Below are positions 19,390-28,030 of a stretch of 64,000 nt of DNA, piece by piece. Origin of the DNA: Verrucomicrobiales bacterium (GTDB taxonomy: Bacteria > Verrucomicrobiota > Verrucomicrobiia > Verrucomicrobiales > V1-33); contig JANOAV010000086.1 of NCBI GenBank assembly GCA_031411295.1, positions 32,001 through 96,000 of the forward strand. Direction: 5' to 3'. Under the pieces are notes generated by a model. It searched no databases, was not told the origin of the DNA, and saw only the letters and a list, made by a program, of their open reading frames with translations. Position numbers and translations under genes: made by a program. Within the stretch, counting starts at the first letter, position 1, and every line of letters starts with the position of its first letter.

Positions 19390-19612
19390 GTAAACTCATT
19401 CGACAGTCATGAACGAATCCATCATGAAATCCACGCTGAACCGAGGAGCGTCCAGCCAGCATCGCCCCAGCAGGCACCTTGCGGACCCGGGAATGATCGT
19501 TTCCGATCAGGTCGCCAGGCAGCGATCCGCATCCCTCACGCTCAGAGACGCCATCGCTCTTGGGTGGTTCGTGATGGTCTGGGGGCTGCGCGCTTTATGG
19601 GCGGGTGGTCTG

Positions 19613-20350
19613 ATGATTTGCCGGGCCTCATTTCCCCGCCCCATTATGTTCATCCTGCTGGCGTCGAGTGCGGGGGCACTGCAGGGAGGGGAGAAAGACG
19701 CGGCCAAACCATTGACCGCACAACTGTTCAGCGCGGGGATTGTCGATGCGTCAGGAAGAATCGGATACGTTGACAACGGCAAGGACACGATTGTGGCGAT
19801 CGAACTTACGACCGGGAAGGAACTCTGGAAATCAGGCGGTGTGATGCAACCGATCATGGGGTTCGAGGGACAATTGCTGGTCCTCGTCTGGCAGGACCGG
19901 GAGTTGCGGCTGCACTGGATCGAGGCGGCAACGGGTAAATTCATGCGCGCATCAAGTCCGATGGCCCTGCCCAAATGGAGCGACCGGCCGATCCGATTGG
20001 GTGGCCGTGGGGGGATCCAGGAGGGGGATTTGCTACTGGAGTGTTTCATTACCGAAGACTCCAACGGTGGTGCGGCTCCGCACACGAGTATGATCCATGC
20101 GAGGATTGCCCTCGATACCGGCAAGGTCACCCTGGTGCCTGCGGGTGAAGCGGGCCAGTCATTCAGCCAGCTCGCTCCCAAGGACTTGAAGAAAGTGGGC
20201 GAACTGACGTTCGATATCACCCAGACCACGGAGAGCAAAGCCCCGCATTTCTTGACGATGAAGCGCACGCTACGGGCGCTGAACGCCGAGGGCAAGGTGG
20301 TCTGGACGCGGAAGCTCCCTGATTGGGAAATCGGCCCGCCGAAACCGTGA
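19613..20350 (+). CDS. secreted hypothetical protein with PQQ-like beta-propeller motifs
   Basis: Signal-like N-terminus; IVAIELTTGKELW and LRALNAEGKVVW motifs. Start is uncertain. Confidence 0.6.
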   Translation: MICRASFPRPIMFILLASSAGALQGGEKDAAKPLTAQLFSAGIVDASGRIGYVDNGKDTIVAIELTTGKELWKSGGVMQPIMGFEGQLLVLVWQDRELRLHWIEAATGKFMRASSPMALPKWSDRPIRLGGRGGIQEGDLLLECFITEDSNGGAAPHTSMIHARIALDTGKVTLVPAGEAGQSFSQLAPKDLKKVGELTFDITQTTESKAPHFLTMKRTLRALNAEGKVVWTRKLPDWEIGPPKP

Positions 20351-20364
20351 ACCACGTAAGGGGA

Positions 20365-21717
20365 CTAGAGCAACTGATGGGTCTGGAGGTCCAAGGTGAA
20401 GTGATCGCTGGTTTGCCAATTAAGCGCTTGATTGGCTTCTGACGGGTTGAGGGAGCAGAAGGTTCCTTGGATCTGGTGCTGGTCCAAGTCGATGGTGATG
20501 CTCAGGAAGCCAAAGTTGAGATCGTCACAAGCGACCACGTGGGCTTGATCCCCTGCGGGAAGGGAGGTGCCCTCGGGCAGCACGATGTCGCGCGGGACGG
20601 ATGGTGGGAGAGCGTTAGGATCTGGCTCATCACCGCACGCTGTCAGCAGTCGTTCAATGGGGGAATGTCCGCCGCACCCAGCGATGAGGTAGGGGATTTG
20701 GCGACCGTCAGCGTAGGTGTAGGTGATGCGCTGGTAGAGGTGGGCATGGGCGGAAAGCACGAGGTCTGGATAACATTCGGTCTTGGCGAAGACGGCCTGC
20801 AGCACGTCCGCCAGGGTGGAGGCGCCACTGACTTGTCCTTCCGGGTGGCTTGGTTTCAGGGTCTTGGGATCGATGGCTCTGGTGGCGTTAGGATCGCCCC
20901 GCTGGGCGAAATTGCTGGATCCGGAGTAAACCGGATAATGCAAGGTGAGCACGACTGCTTTACCATCGGCCAGTCCCTTGATACGGAGCAGGGTCTTGAT
21001 GAACCAGTCCAGTTGCGGGGTGGGATGCTTGGGATCCGGGGTGGTCACCTGGGTCAGAGGCGTGTCCAGCAGACCACCATTGGCGACATTGGTGTAAAGG
21101 CCAATGATATGGGCCACGGGAGTTTCGAGCACCCAGTAGGGGAACGGCTGGGTCATCGCTTGTCGCTTCGCGCTGGGATCATCGTTGGGGGACTTTCGTT
21201 TCGGTTGGCAGAAGTTATCAATGAAATGCTGATTCGCAGCGTCGGCGGCGGTTACTTCAGGCTTGTGCTTGGTGGCAGGTTTGGGCCCCTTGCCGTCGTG
21301 GTTTCCAGCAATGGCAAAGATTTCCTTCGGGTAGTCAGCATACTGTTGATAGAACTGGGCGGTGTAGAGGTCGGCCTGGGTGAGAGAGGTATCATCATCG
21401 CTGGTATAAACGATGTCTCCCAAATGAAACAAGAACGAGGCGGGAGGAACGTCGGAGTAAGTGGTGCTATCCATGGTCATGGCCTGCGCCACGGCCAGGC
21501 CTGGCGCGGAGTTGGTGGGATCCCCGGAACAGCCGACGCTGTGAAAGGTCATGGCGTTCACAGTGGTGATGCGATTCGCTTCGTCTGGCGCAATCTGCGC
21601 CAAGTCCAGAGTCATCGGGAAACCGGGGACCAAGGTGGTGGGGAGGGGAGTCCAAATGCCATTTTCGACGCAGGCATTGGGGTCGGAAGAACTATCGCTC
21701 GGTTGGGGTGATTTCAT
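20365..21717 (-). CDS. calcineurin-like metallophosphoesterase (purple acid phosphatase-like)
   Basis: HLGDIVY, GNHD, LHYP and SAHAHLYQR motifs; the first motif reads VGCSG. Confidence 0.85.
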   Translation of the reverse strand: MKSPQPSDSSSDPNACVENGIWTPLPTTLVPGFPMTLDLAQIAPDEANRITTVNAMTFHSVGCSGDPTNSAPGLAVAQAMTMDSTTYSDVPPASFLFHLGDIVYTSDDDTSLTQADLYTAQFYQQYADYPKEIFAIAGNHDGKGPKPATKHKPEVTAADAANQHFIDNFCQPKRKSPNDDPSAKRQAMTQPFPYWVLETPVAHIIGLYTNVANGGLLDTPLTQVTTPDPKHPTPQLDWFIKTLLRIKGLADGKAVVLTLHYPVYSGSSNFAQRGDPNATRAIDPKTLKPSHPEGQVSGASTLADVLQAVFAKTECYPDLVLSAHAHLYQRITYTYADGRQIPYLIAGCGGHSPIERLLTACGDEPDPNALPPSVPRDIVLPEGTSLPAGDQAHVVACDDLNFGFLSITIDLDQHQIQGTFCSLNPSEANQALNWQTSDHFTLDLQTHQLL

Positions 21718-21749
21718 GGGTGCTTGGAGGTTTGGTGGGTAAAGCTACG

Positions 21750-23072
21750 TTAGTCTATGGATGGAGTGATAGAGGGGGCCGGTGGTTGGTGACGGCGGAT
21801 GAGGACTTTGTCGATGCGTTGACGGTCCATGTCGATGATTTCAAAATCAAAGCCGCCGGCGGAAAAGGTATCGCCTTCGACGGGGAGTCGATCCATGGCA
21901 TGGACGATGAAGCCGGCCAGGGTCTGGAAGGGTTCGGCTTCAGCCTCGACGGCGGCGGCTAGATCCGGGAGTTGTTGGATGACGAGGTCGATCTCCATGA
22001 CGCCGTCCACGAACCAGGCTTGATCGCCTGCGGAGCGCAGCGAGGGGGGATTGAGGGTGGGATCCTGAGAGCGAAATTCCACCATGACTTCCTCGATTAA
22101 ATCCGTCAGGGAAATGAGTCCGCGAATGGTGCCAAACTCGTCGGTCACGAGGGCGGCTCCCAGCTTGGACTGGCCAAGGGTCTTCATGAGGCTGAGGGCG
22201 GGCTGATTCTCTGCGACGAAGACGGGTGGCTGCATGATGTCCTTGAGGGACTGGGCTTGCCCGCTGGCGGCCATGGCGTAAAGATCCCGCAGGGAAACAA
22301 GGCCTGCGATTTCGTCCCGGCTGCTTTCATACACTGGAAAGACGATCTGGCTGCTGGCTGCGACCTGGGTGGTGTAGTCGGCGGGTTGGTCATGCACGTG
22401 GAGGAAGAGGACTTTGGGCTTTGGTTGCATGATTTCCTCCGCCAGCACTTCACGCAGGTCGAAGACGCCAGCCACCATGCGGCTTTCTTCCGGGTGCACG
22501 CCACCGGTGACAAGTCCCTCCCGGATGAGCACTTGGACTTCCTCCCGGGTGGGGCCGCTGAGAGGTTGGGCTTTCCCGAAGAGGCGCATGAGGACGCGGG
22601 TGCTCACGCCGAGGAGCCAGACGAGGGGATAGGCCAGGCGCGAGAGCAGGTGCATGGGGGCGGCCATGAAGCAGGCGATGGCTTCCGGATTGCGCAGGGC
22701 TAAATTTTTGGGAACCAACTCTCCAATGATAAGGGAAAGATAGGTAATGAAGGCGACGACCAGGGCGAACGACACCTGTTGGGCATTGGGGGCGAGCCAA
22801 GGGATGGTCTCCAGCACCGGGGTGACGTAGCTGGCCAGACTGGCTCCCCCAAAGGCCCCGGCCAGCACGCCGACGAGGGTGATTCCCACCTGCACGGTGC
22901 TGAGAAATTGCTCGGGGTCGGCTGCCAGTCGCAAGGCTAAAGCGGCCCCGGACTGGCCTTCGTCGGCGCGTTGTTGCAGGCGCGCCCGCTTGGCAGAAAC
23001 CAGGGCGATCTCCGCCATGGCGAAGACGCCATTGAAGACAAGCAGGAGCAGGATGATGGAAAGTTCGAGCAT
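21750..23072 (-). CDS. hemolysin family / CNNM-CBS-CorC transporter
   Basis: NGVFAMAEIAL, FLSTVQVGIT, IIGELVPK, DEFGTIRGLISLTDLIEE and TLAGFI motifs. Start set at ATG 23072. Confidence 0.9.
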   Translation of the reverse strand: MLELSIILLLLVFNGVFAMAEIALVSAKRARLQQRADEGQSGAALALRLAADPEQFLSTVQVGITLVGVLAGAFGGASLASYVTPVLETIPWLAPNAQQVSFALVVAFITYLSLIIGELVPKNLALRNPEAIACFMAAPMHLLSRLAYPLVWLLGVSTRVLMRLFGKAQPLSGPTREEVQVLIREGLVTGGVHPEESRMVAGVFDLREVLAEEIMQPKPKVLFLHVHDQPADYTTQVAASSQIVFPVYESSRDEIAGLVSLRDLYAMAASGQAQSLKDIMQPPVFVAENQPALSLMKTLGQSKLGAALVTDEFGTIRGLISLTDLIEEVMVEFRSQDPTLNPPSLRSAGDQAWFVDGVMEIDLVIQQLPDLAAAVEAEAEPFQTLAGFIVHAMDRLPVEGDTFSAGGFDFEIIDMDRQRIDKVLIRRHQPPAPSITPSID

Positions 23073-23267
23073 AGGGGGATCCGCTTGGTGAAAGAAGCGA
23101 GGACGCGCTGCTCCTACACTGGAATTGCCGCAAGAGCAACCTTGGACCGTCAATCCGCTACAGCGTCCTCTGCGGGGTGCGGATTGGGATTGCAATGGTG
23201 GTGACGTGGGGTATAGCACAGGGCCGGGCGGCGGTAGTTCGCGGTCGCTGGCGATTCCCTTTTTATT

Positions 23268-24302
23268 ATGAGCATTTCTCTGCGTTCCTTGTGTGGTCTG
23301 GGTCGAAGCATGGCTTGGGCTGGATTCCTGTCCTTTGGCGTCCCGAGCTTGGTGCCCGCGCTGTGGGCACAGGACACGAATCTGTATCGGGGCACGCAGG
23401 TGCCGCCGGAAGTGGAGCGGATGTATACCAAGGGGCTGAAATGGCTGGTGGCGAATCAAGCAGAGGATGGTGGGTTCCCGGGCAACTATGGATCCGAACC
23501 GGCCATGGCCAGTCTGGCGGCTTTGGGGATGCTGGCGCATGGTGAGGATCCCAATTTCGGTCCCTATGCGAAGTCGATCAAACGCTGCCTGGAGAAGATC
23601 CTGGCGAGCACGCGGAAGGACAATGGCTACATTGGGAACTCGATGTATAACCACGGCTTCAGCACGCTGGCGTTGGCAGAATTATACGGCACGCTCAATG
23701 ATGACCGGATTGCCCCGGCCCTGCAGAAGGCGGTGGATTTGATCCTAACTTCGCAGTCGAAAAATCCCCAGAAGGCCTGGCGTTACTCCCCGGAAGCGCA
23801 GGATGCAGACTCCACGGTGAGCGGCGCGTGCTTCGTGGCGCTGATAGCGGCACGGAATGCCGGACTGAAGGTGCCGGACAAGGCGATCGATGACTGTCTG
23901 AAATTTTACTCCGATTGCCAATCGCCTTCGGACGGCGGGATTGGTTATCTGCCGCGCTCCGGGAGCCATGGGGGATCCACCACGGCCATTGGGGTGGCGG
24001 TCTATGCGTATGCCAGGAAGAAGGATGTGCCGGTGTTCCAGAAGGCGTTCAAGGCGTTGAAAGCGCAGGAGGAGGGGAGCAGCAGCTACCCCTACTACTT
24101 CGAATATTATGCGGCTCAGGCTTATTTCCAGAGTGATGTCAAAGAATGGCAGGGATGGAATGAGAAGCTGATCAAAAAACTGGCCGAAGCGCAAACGGAT
24201 GACGGAAGTTGGGAAGGCGGCATGGGACCAGCCATGAGCACCACGATGGGGCTGCTGTCGCTGGCCTTGAACTATCGCTATTTGCCGATCTATGAGCGTT
24301 AA
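23268..24302 (+). CDS. prenyltransferase/squalene oxidase repeat-containing secreted protein
   Basis: KGLKWL..Q.EDGG, MYNHGFSTLALAE.YG, Q..DGSW and LALNYRYLPIYER motifs. Confidence 0.85.
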   Translation: MSISLRSLCGLGRSMAWAGFLSFGVPSLVPALWAQDTNLYRGTQVPPEVERMYTKGLKWLVANQAEDGGFPGNYGSEPAMASLAALGMLAHGEDPNFGPYAKSIKRCLEKILASTRKDNGYIGNSMYNHGFSTLALAELYGTLNDDRIAPALQKAVDLILTSQSKNPQKAWRYSPEAQDADSTVSGACFVALIAARNAGLKVPDKAIDDCLKFYSDCQSPSDGGIGYLPRSGSHGGSTTAIGVAVYAYARKKDVPVFQKAFKALKAQEEGSSSYPYYFEYYAAQAYFQSDVKEWQGWNEKLIKKLAEAQTDDGSWEGGMGPAMSTTMGLLSLALNYRYLPIYER

Positions 24303-27093
24303 TGTTTCCAGGCTAGGGCAACAATGTCTTCTGCTCACCTGGCTCGCCAGTGCCGGTCTTGGTTGGGGGCGTCAGGGAGGAATCCCCGGTCCGACGATTG
24401 CCAAGCCCTCGCAGCCGTTCGACCCCGCCGGGATTCATGTGGTGGAGTTCACAGACGATTCGATGCTGCATGGGACCGTGGCCAGTATCACGGCAGAAAC
24501 CCTGACGTTGCAGCGCTCGGATGCTTCAGCGTCGATGGCATTTCCCATCGCGACGCTTAATCGCGTGGTCTTCGACAGTGAACCGGATCAGGATGGGCTG
24601 GTGCCGCGTTCGACGGTGCAATTAATTACGGGGGATTGGTTCGTGGCGGATGTGCTGCTGGTGAAAGAAGGCAAGGTGGAACTGCGGTTGGCGAATCAAC
24701 AACGTATCACGCTGGAGCAAAAGTGGATCGAGTGGATCTGCTTCGCCAAGGGAGCGGCTCCGGATGTCTTCCACGGCCCGGAATCACTGGACGGCTGGAA
24801 TACGAATGGAAGTTGGACCTGTGAGGAAGGGGTGCTGCGCTGTCAGCAGTTGGGGAACATTGGACGAAATTTCCCCGTGGTGCCGGATCGCATCGATCTG
24901 CAATTCGAAATGGAAAAGAGTGAGGTGCAAAAGAACTTCATGATGAGCTTCAACTTTTCCCGGCAGGCGGATGGGCTCCAAGGATCGAACGGGAGTGCCT
25001 GGACGCAGGTGCGGCTCAACGAAGGGCAGCTCTACATTTATGCTGCCAGCGGTAATAAGAACAAGAACACCAGTTCATCGCTCCCACGTCAGGTGACGAA
25101 GCCGAACGAGCAGGGGATGTTCCGCTATCGCATTCTGTTTGATCGGGTGGTGGGCCGCATGGTGTTGTTGATTAATGGCAAGATCGTGGCGGATCAGGAG
25201 ATCCCGGCCATGGACCCTGGCACGTGGAGTGGAGCCATGACCTTCCAGCCGATGCGTTGGGGCGCTGAATCGGAATGGATGCTGCGCCAGATCCACATGC
25301 TGCCGTGGGATGGTCAGTTGCCTGCGGGGTCGGGAGAAGGGGCGAGCACGCCGGCGCGCCTGGATACCCTAACGATGGATGATGGCACGGTGAAGTTGGG
25401 GCGGATGGAAGCCGTGATGGGCACGGTGGTGCGCTTCCGTTCGGCCAATGGGTCGGAAGACATTGATCGCAGCATGGTGTCCATGCTGCGGCTGCATCGT
25501 GCGGAGCCGGACCTTGCGTTGCCGGCGGCCAAGGGGCCGCGGATTTCGCTGACGGATCGTGGGGAAATCCGCTTGGAGTCCCTGCAACTGGCGGAGCGGA
25601 CTTACACGCTGACCACGACGTTTGCCGGGGAACTGAAGTTTCCCGCCAAGGCGGTTTACTCCCTGCATTATCCGAACCCAGAGAAGAAAGAGTTGGCGAT
25701 CACGGATCGTTTGGTGTTCCGGAATGGCGATCAACTGCGGGGCACCTTGAAGGAAGCAGGCCACGATACGCCCATTCAATGGCTGATCCCTGAAGGCCCC
25801 CAGATTGCATTTGAAACGAAACGCGTGGGCGGCGTCCTGCTTGCACCACGGACCAACGGGGCCACCGAAGCGGGCGATTGTGTGGTGCGGTTCCGCAATG
25901 GCGATTGGCTGGGGGGACAATTTATCGAGTTAGGAAAGGAGCAATTGCGCCTGCGCAGCGGTTTCGGGAACGAGGTCTCGATTGCGCGCCCCAAAGTGCA
26001 GACGCTCTATTTATCGAGTCCCGGCAAGGCCGCCATTTGGGAGGGGGCCACGCAGCCCCAGAGCTGGTGGAAGGGCGCGACTGGCCCCGGTGGAAACTGG
26101 GTGGAGGATAATGGAGATGAGACCAGAGCGCTGTTGTCGCGCAAAAAAGTTTATTTGGACGGTGCGTTTCTGGTGCCAGGCAATGCCGGCCGCAATGGCG
26201 GGATCGGCAAGCAACTGGAGGGGTTGCCGGAGCGGGTGGAGGTGACTTTTGAGGTGGCCGGGGCCAATGCCAGTCCCGCCTTCAATCTCCAATTGTTCTA
26301 CGAGAATCAGGGCAACAATGGCTTGATGCTGCAAGTCTGGCAGGGCGGGATTTACGTCTACGACATGACGCCACGGGATCGCAAAGGGGGGGCGTTCATG
26401 GGAGGGCAACCTCAGCAGGTGCAATGGGGGGATAAAATCGATGCGAGCGCACGGCGGCATCGGTTCCGGATCCTGGCGGATCGTCGCGCGCACAAGGCCA
26501 CCGTATTTATTGATGATGTGCAGATTGCAGTCGTGAATCGTAAGCCGAGCAAGGAAGGTGGCGTGGAAACGCTCTGGGGCAACGGGATCTCTTTCAGCAG
26601 CAACAGTGGGAATGCCGCCTTGATCTTCAATCGGCTGTGGGTGTCCCCTTGGAATGGGCAAATGCCAACTCCCGACAAAGCGGGGGCTCCGCAAGAATCG
26701 GTGGCGCTGGCGAATGGTGACGAGGCCAAGGCGGCCATCAAGACAGGCACGGCCAAGGGATTTACGCTGGATTTCGATGGGGAGCCCTTGGAAATTCCGC
26801 GCGAAAAGATTCTCCTGGCAGACTTCGGTATCAGTCCGCCCGAGGAAACCCCGAAACTAAGTCTAACGGAGGGATCGATTGCCCCCCGCCTGCGCTTGAG
26901 CCAGGGGGGCGCACTCACCGTGGAAACGCTCCGCATCAGTGAAGGCGAAGTGCAGTGCAGCAGTGCGAGCTTTGGGGACCTCAAGGTTCCGTTAGCCAGT
27001 TTCAGTGAAATTGTCTGGAGTGGGTTGGATCGCGATATTCAAAATTTGCAGAACAAGCCGCGTTCTCCGACGCGCAAGGTGCCCAAGCCGTAG
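24292..27093 (+). CDS. large secreted hypothetical protein with repeated D-x-(L/V)-x-(F/L)-x-NGD beta modules
   Basis: Signal peptide; repeats DRLVFRNGDQLRG, DCVVRFRNGDWLGG, ESVALANGDE. Overlaps the previous gene by 11 bp. Confidence 0.75.
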   Translation: MSVNVSRLGQQCLLLTWLASAGLGWGRQGGIPGPTIAKPSQPFDPAGIHVVEFTDDSMLHGTVASITAETLTLQRSDASASMAFPIATLNRVVFDSEPDQDGLVPRSTVQLITGDWFVADVLLVKEGKVELRLANQQRITLEQKWIEWICFAKGAAPDVFHGPESLDGWNTNGSWTCEEGVLRCQQLGNIGRNFPVVPDRIDLQFEMEKSEVQKNFMMSFNFSRQADGLQGSNGSAWTQVRLNEGQLYIYAASGNKNKNTSSSLPRQVTKPNEQGMFRYRILFDRVVGRMVLLINGKIVADQEIPAMDPGTWSGAMTFQPMRWGAESEWMLRQIHMLPWDGQLPAGSGEGASTPARLDTLTMDDGTVKLGRMEAVMGTVVRFRSANGSEDIDRSMVSMLRLHRAEPDLALPAAKGPRISLTDRGEIRLESLQLAERTYTLTTTFAGELKFPAKAVYSLHYPNPEKKELAITDRLVFRNGDQLRGTLKEAGHDTPIQWLIPEGPQIAFETKRVGGVLLAPRTNGATEAGDCVVRFRNGDWLGGQFIELGKEQLRLRSGFGNEVSIARPKVQTLYLSSPGKAAIWEGATQPQSWWKGATGPGGNWVEDNGDETRALLSRKKVYLDGAFLVPGNAGRNGGIGKQLEGLPERVEVTFEVAGANASPAFNLQLFYENQGNNGLMLQVWQGGIYVYDMTPRDRKGGAFMGGQPQQVQWGDKIDASARRHRFRILADRRAHKATVFIDDVQIAVVNRKPSKEGGVETLWGNGISFSSNSGNAALIFNRLWVSPWNGQMPTPDKAGAPQESVALANGDEAKAAIKTGTAKGFTLDFDGEPLEIPREKILLADFGISPPEETPKLSLTEGSIAPRLRLSQGGALTVETLRISEGEVQCSSASFGDLKVPLASFSEIVWSGLDRDIQNLQNKPRSPTRKVPKP

Positions 27094-27117
27094 CGGGCGC
27101 TGAGATTTGTCCCACCC

Positions 27118-27993
27118 ATGATTCATCGTGAGCTTCCGATTCGTGCCGCCACGGAAACCCTCCTGGCCCATGGCATCACGCCAGACCGCTGCGAGATCCT
27201 GCAGGATGGAAGCACGCTGGTGCTGCGCCTAACGGAATCGCTGGTGGCGAGGGTGGTGCAGGATGTGACCGGACCGCGGCAGGGCACGGAGTGGTTCGCC
27301 CGGGAAAATGCGGTGGCGCAGCATCTCACGGACCACGGGGCTCCGGTGATTCCGTTGCATCTGGACCTGCCGCCGGGGCCGCATGAGCACTTGGGTTATC
27401 CCATGAACTTCTGGCAATATGTCCAGGTGGTCGATGCTCCCATCGATGCCAGTGCGGTGGGGCGCACGCTACACGAATGCCACGAGGTCTTGCGCTCGTT
27501 GTCTCAACCTTTGCCGCCGCTGGCCATCCTAACGGAGAGCCTGGCGTTGTTGGAACCGCTGGCGCAGCAAGCGTTGTTTCCTGCGTCCACCATTGAGTTG
27601 CTCCGCCATCATCTGGTCAGCTCAATCGCCATTTTGCGGGAGTTTCCGCACCAACCGCTGCATGGCGATGCCCACATGGGGAATCTCCTGAACACGAATC
27701 TCGGGCTGCTCTGGACGGATTGGGAGGATGCCTTTGCGGGACCGGTGGAATGGGATTTGGCATCAATCATCTGGAACGCCAAATTCTTGGAGCAAGACCA
27801 CGAGACCGTGAATCAAATCCTAACGGCATATCGTGCGGTCGGAGGCCGGATTGACGAGCGGGCGCTGGAGCAAAGCCTCATCGCCCGGGCCGCCGTGATG
27901 AGCGCCTGGTATCCGATCCTGTATCCCCGGCCAAATGCCGAGCGTCGCGCCAAGCTGCAGCAGCGACTGGTCTGGCTGGAGGCGCAGCGGTGA
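27118..27993 (+). CDS. aminoglycoside phosphotransferase (APH)-family kinase
   Basis: PLHGDAHMGNLL..WTDWED..GP.EWDLA motifs. Confidence 0.85.
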   Translation: MIHRELPIRAATETLLAHGITPDRCEILQDGSTLVLRLTESLVARVVQDVTGPRQGTEWFARENAVAQHLTDHGAPVIPLHLDLPPGPHEHLGYPMNFWQYVQVVDAPIDASAVGRTLHECHEVLRSLSQPLPPLAILTESLALLEPLAQQALFPASTIELLRHHLVSSIAILREFPHQPLHGDAHMGNLLNTNLGLLWTDWEDAFAGPVEWDLASIIWNAKFLEQDHETVNQILTAYRAVGGRIDERALEQSLIARAAVMSAWYPILYPRPNAERRAKLQQRLVWLEAQR

Positions 27994-28030
27994 AAGGTAG
28001 TCCGGGCTACCCGTCGAACGGGGGCGGAGC

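Noticed and set aside
17937..19393. Numerous short ORFs listed in the ORF track across the REP region
   Set aside because: They are translations of palindromic repeats with low-information sequence. Only the hand-identified remnants look protein-like.
20467..21711. Long antisense ORFs (also 28907-30475, 19507-20355, 35627-36544, 60716-61675)
   Set aside because: Shadow frames of well-supported genes in GC-rich DNA, with no motifs of their own.
23073..23654. N-terminal 194-aa extension of the hemolysin-family ORF
   Set aside because: It overlaps the divergent prenyltransferase-repeat gene, and the family signature starts at ATG 23072.
23268..24302. Squalene-hopene cyclase call
   Set aside because: Too short (344 aa), exported, and no DxDD motif.
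27118..27993. Antibiotic resistance determinant
   Set aside because: An APH-fold kinase motif alone does not establish an aminoglycoside substrate.
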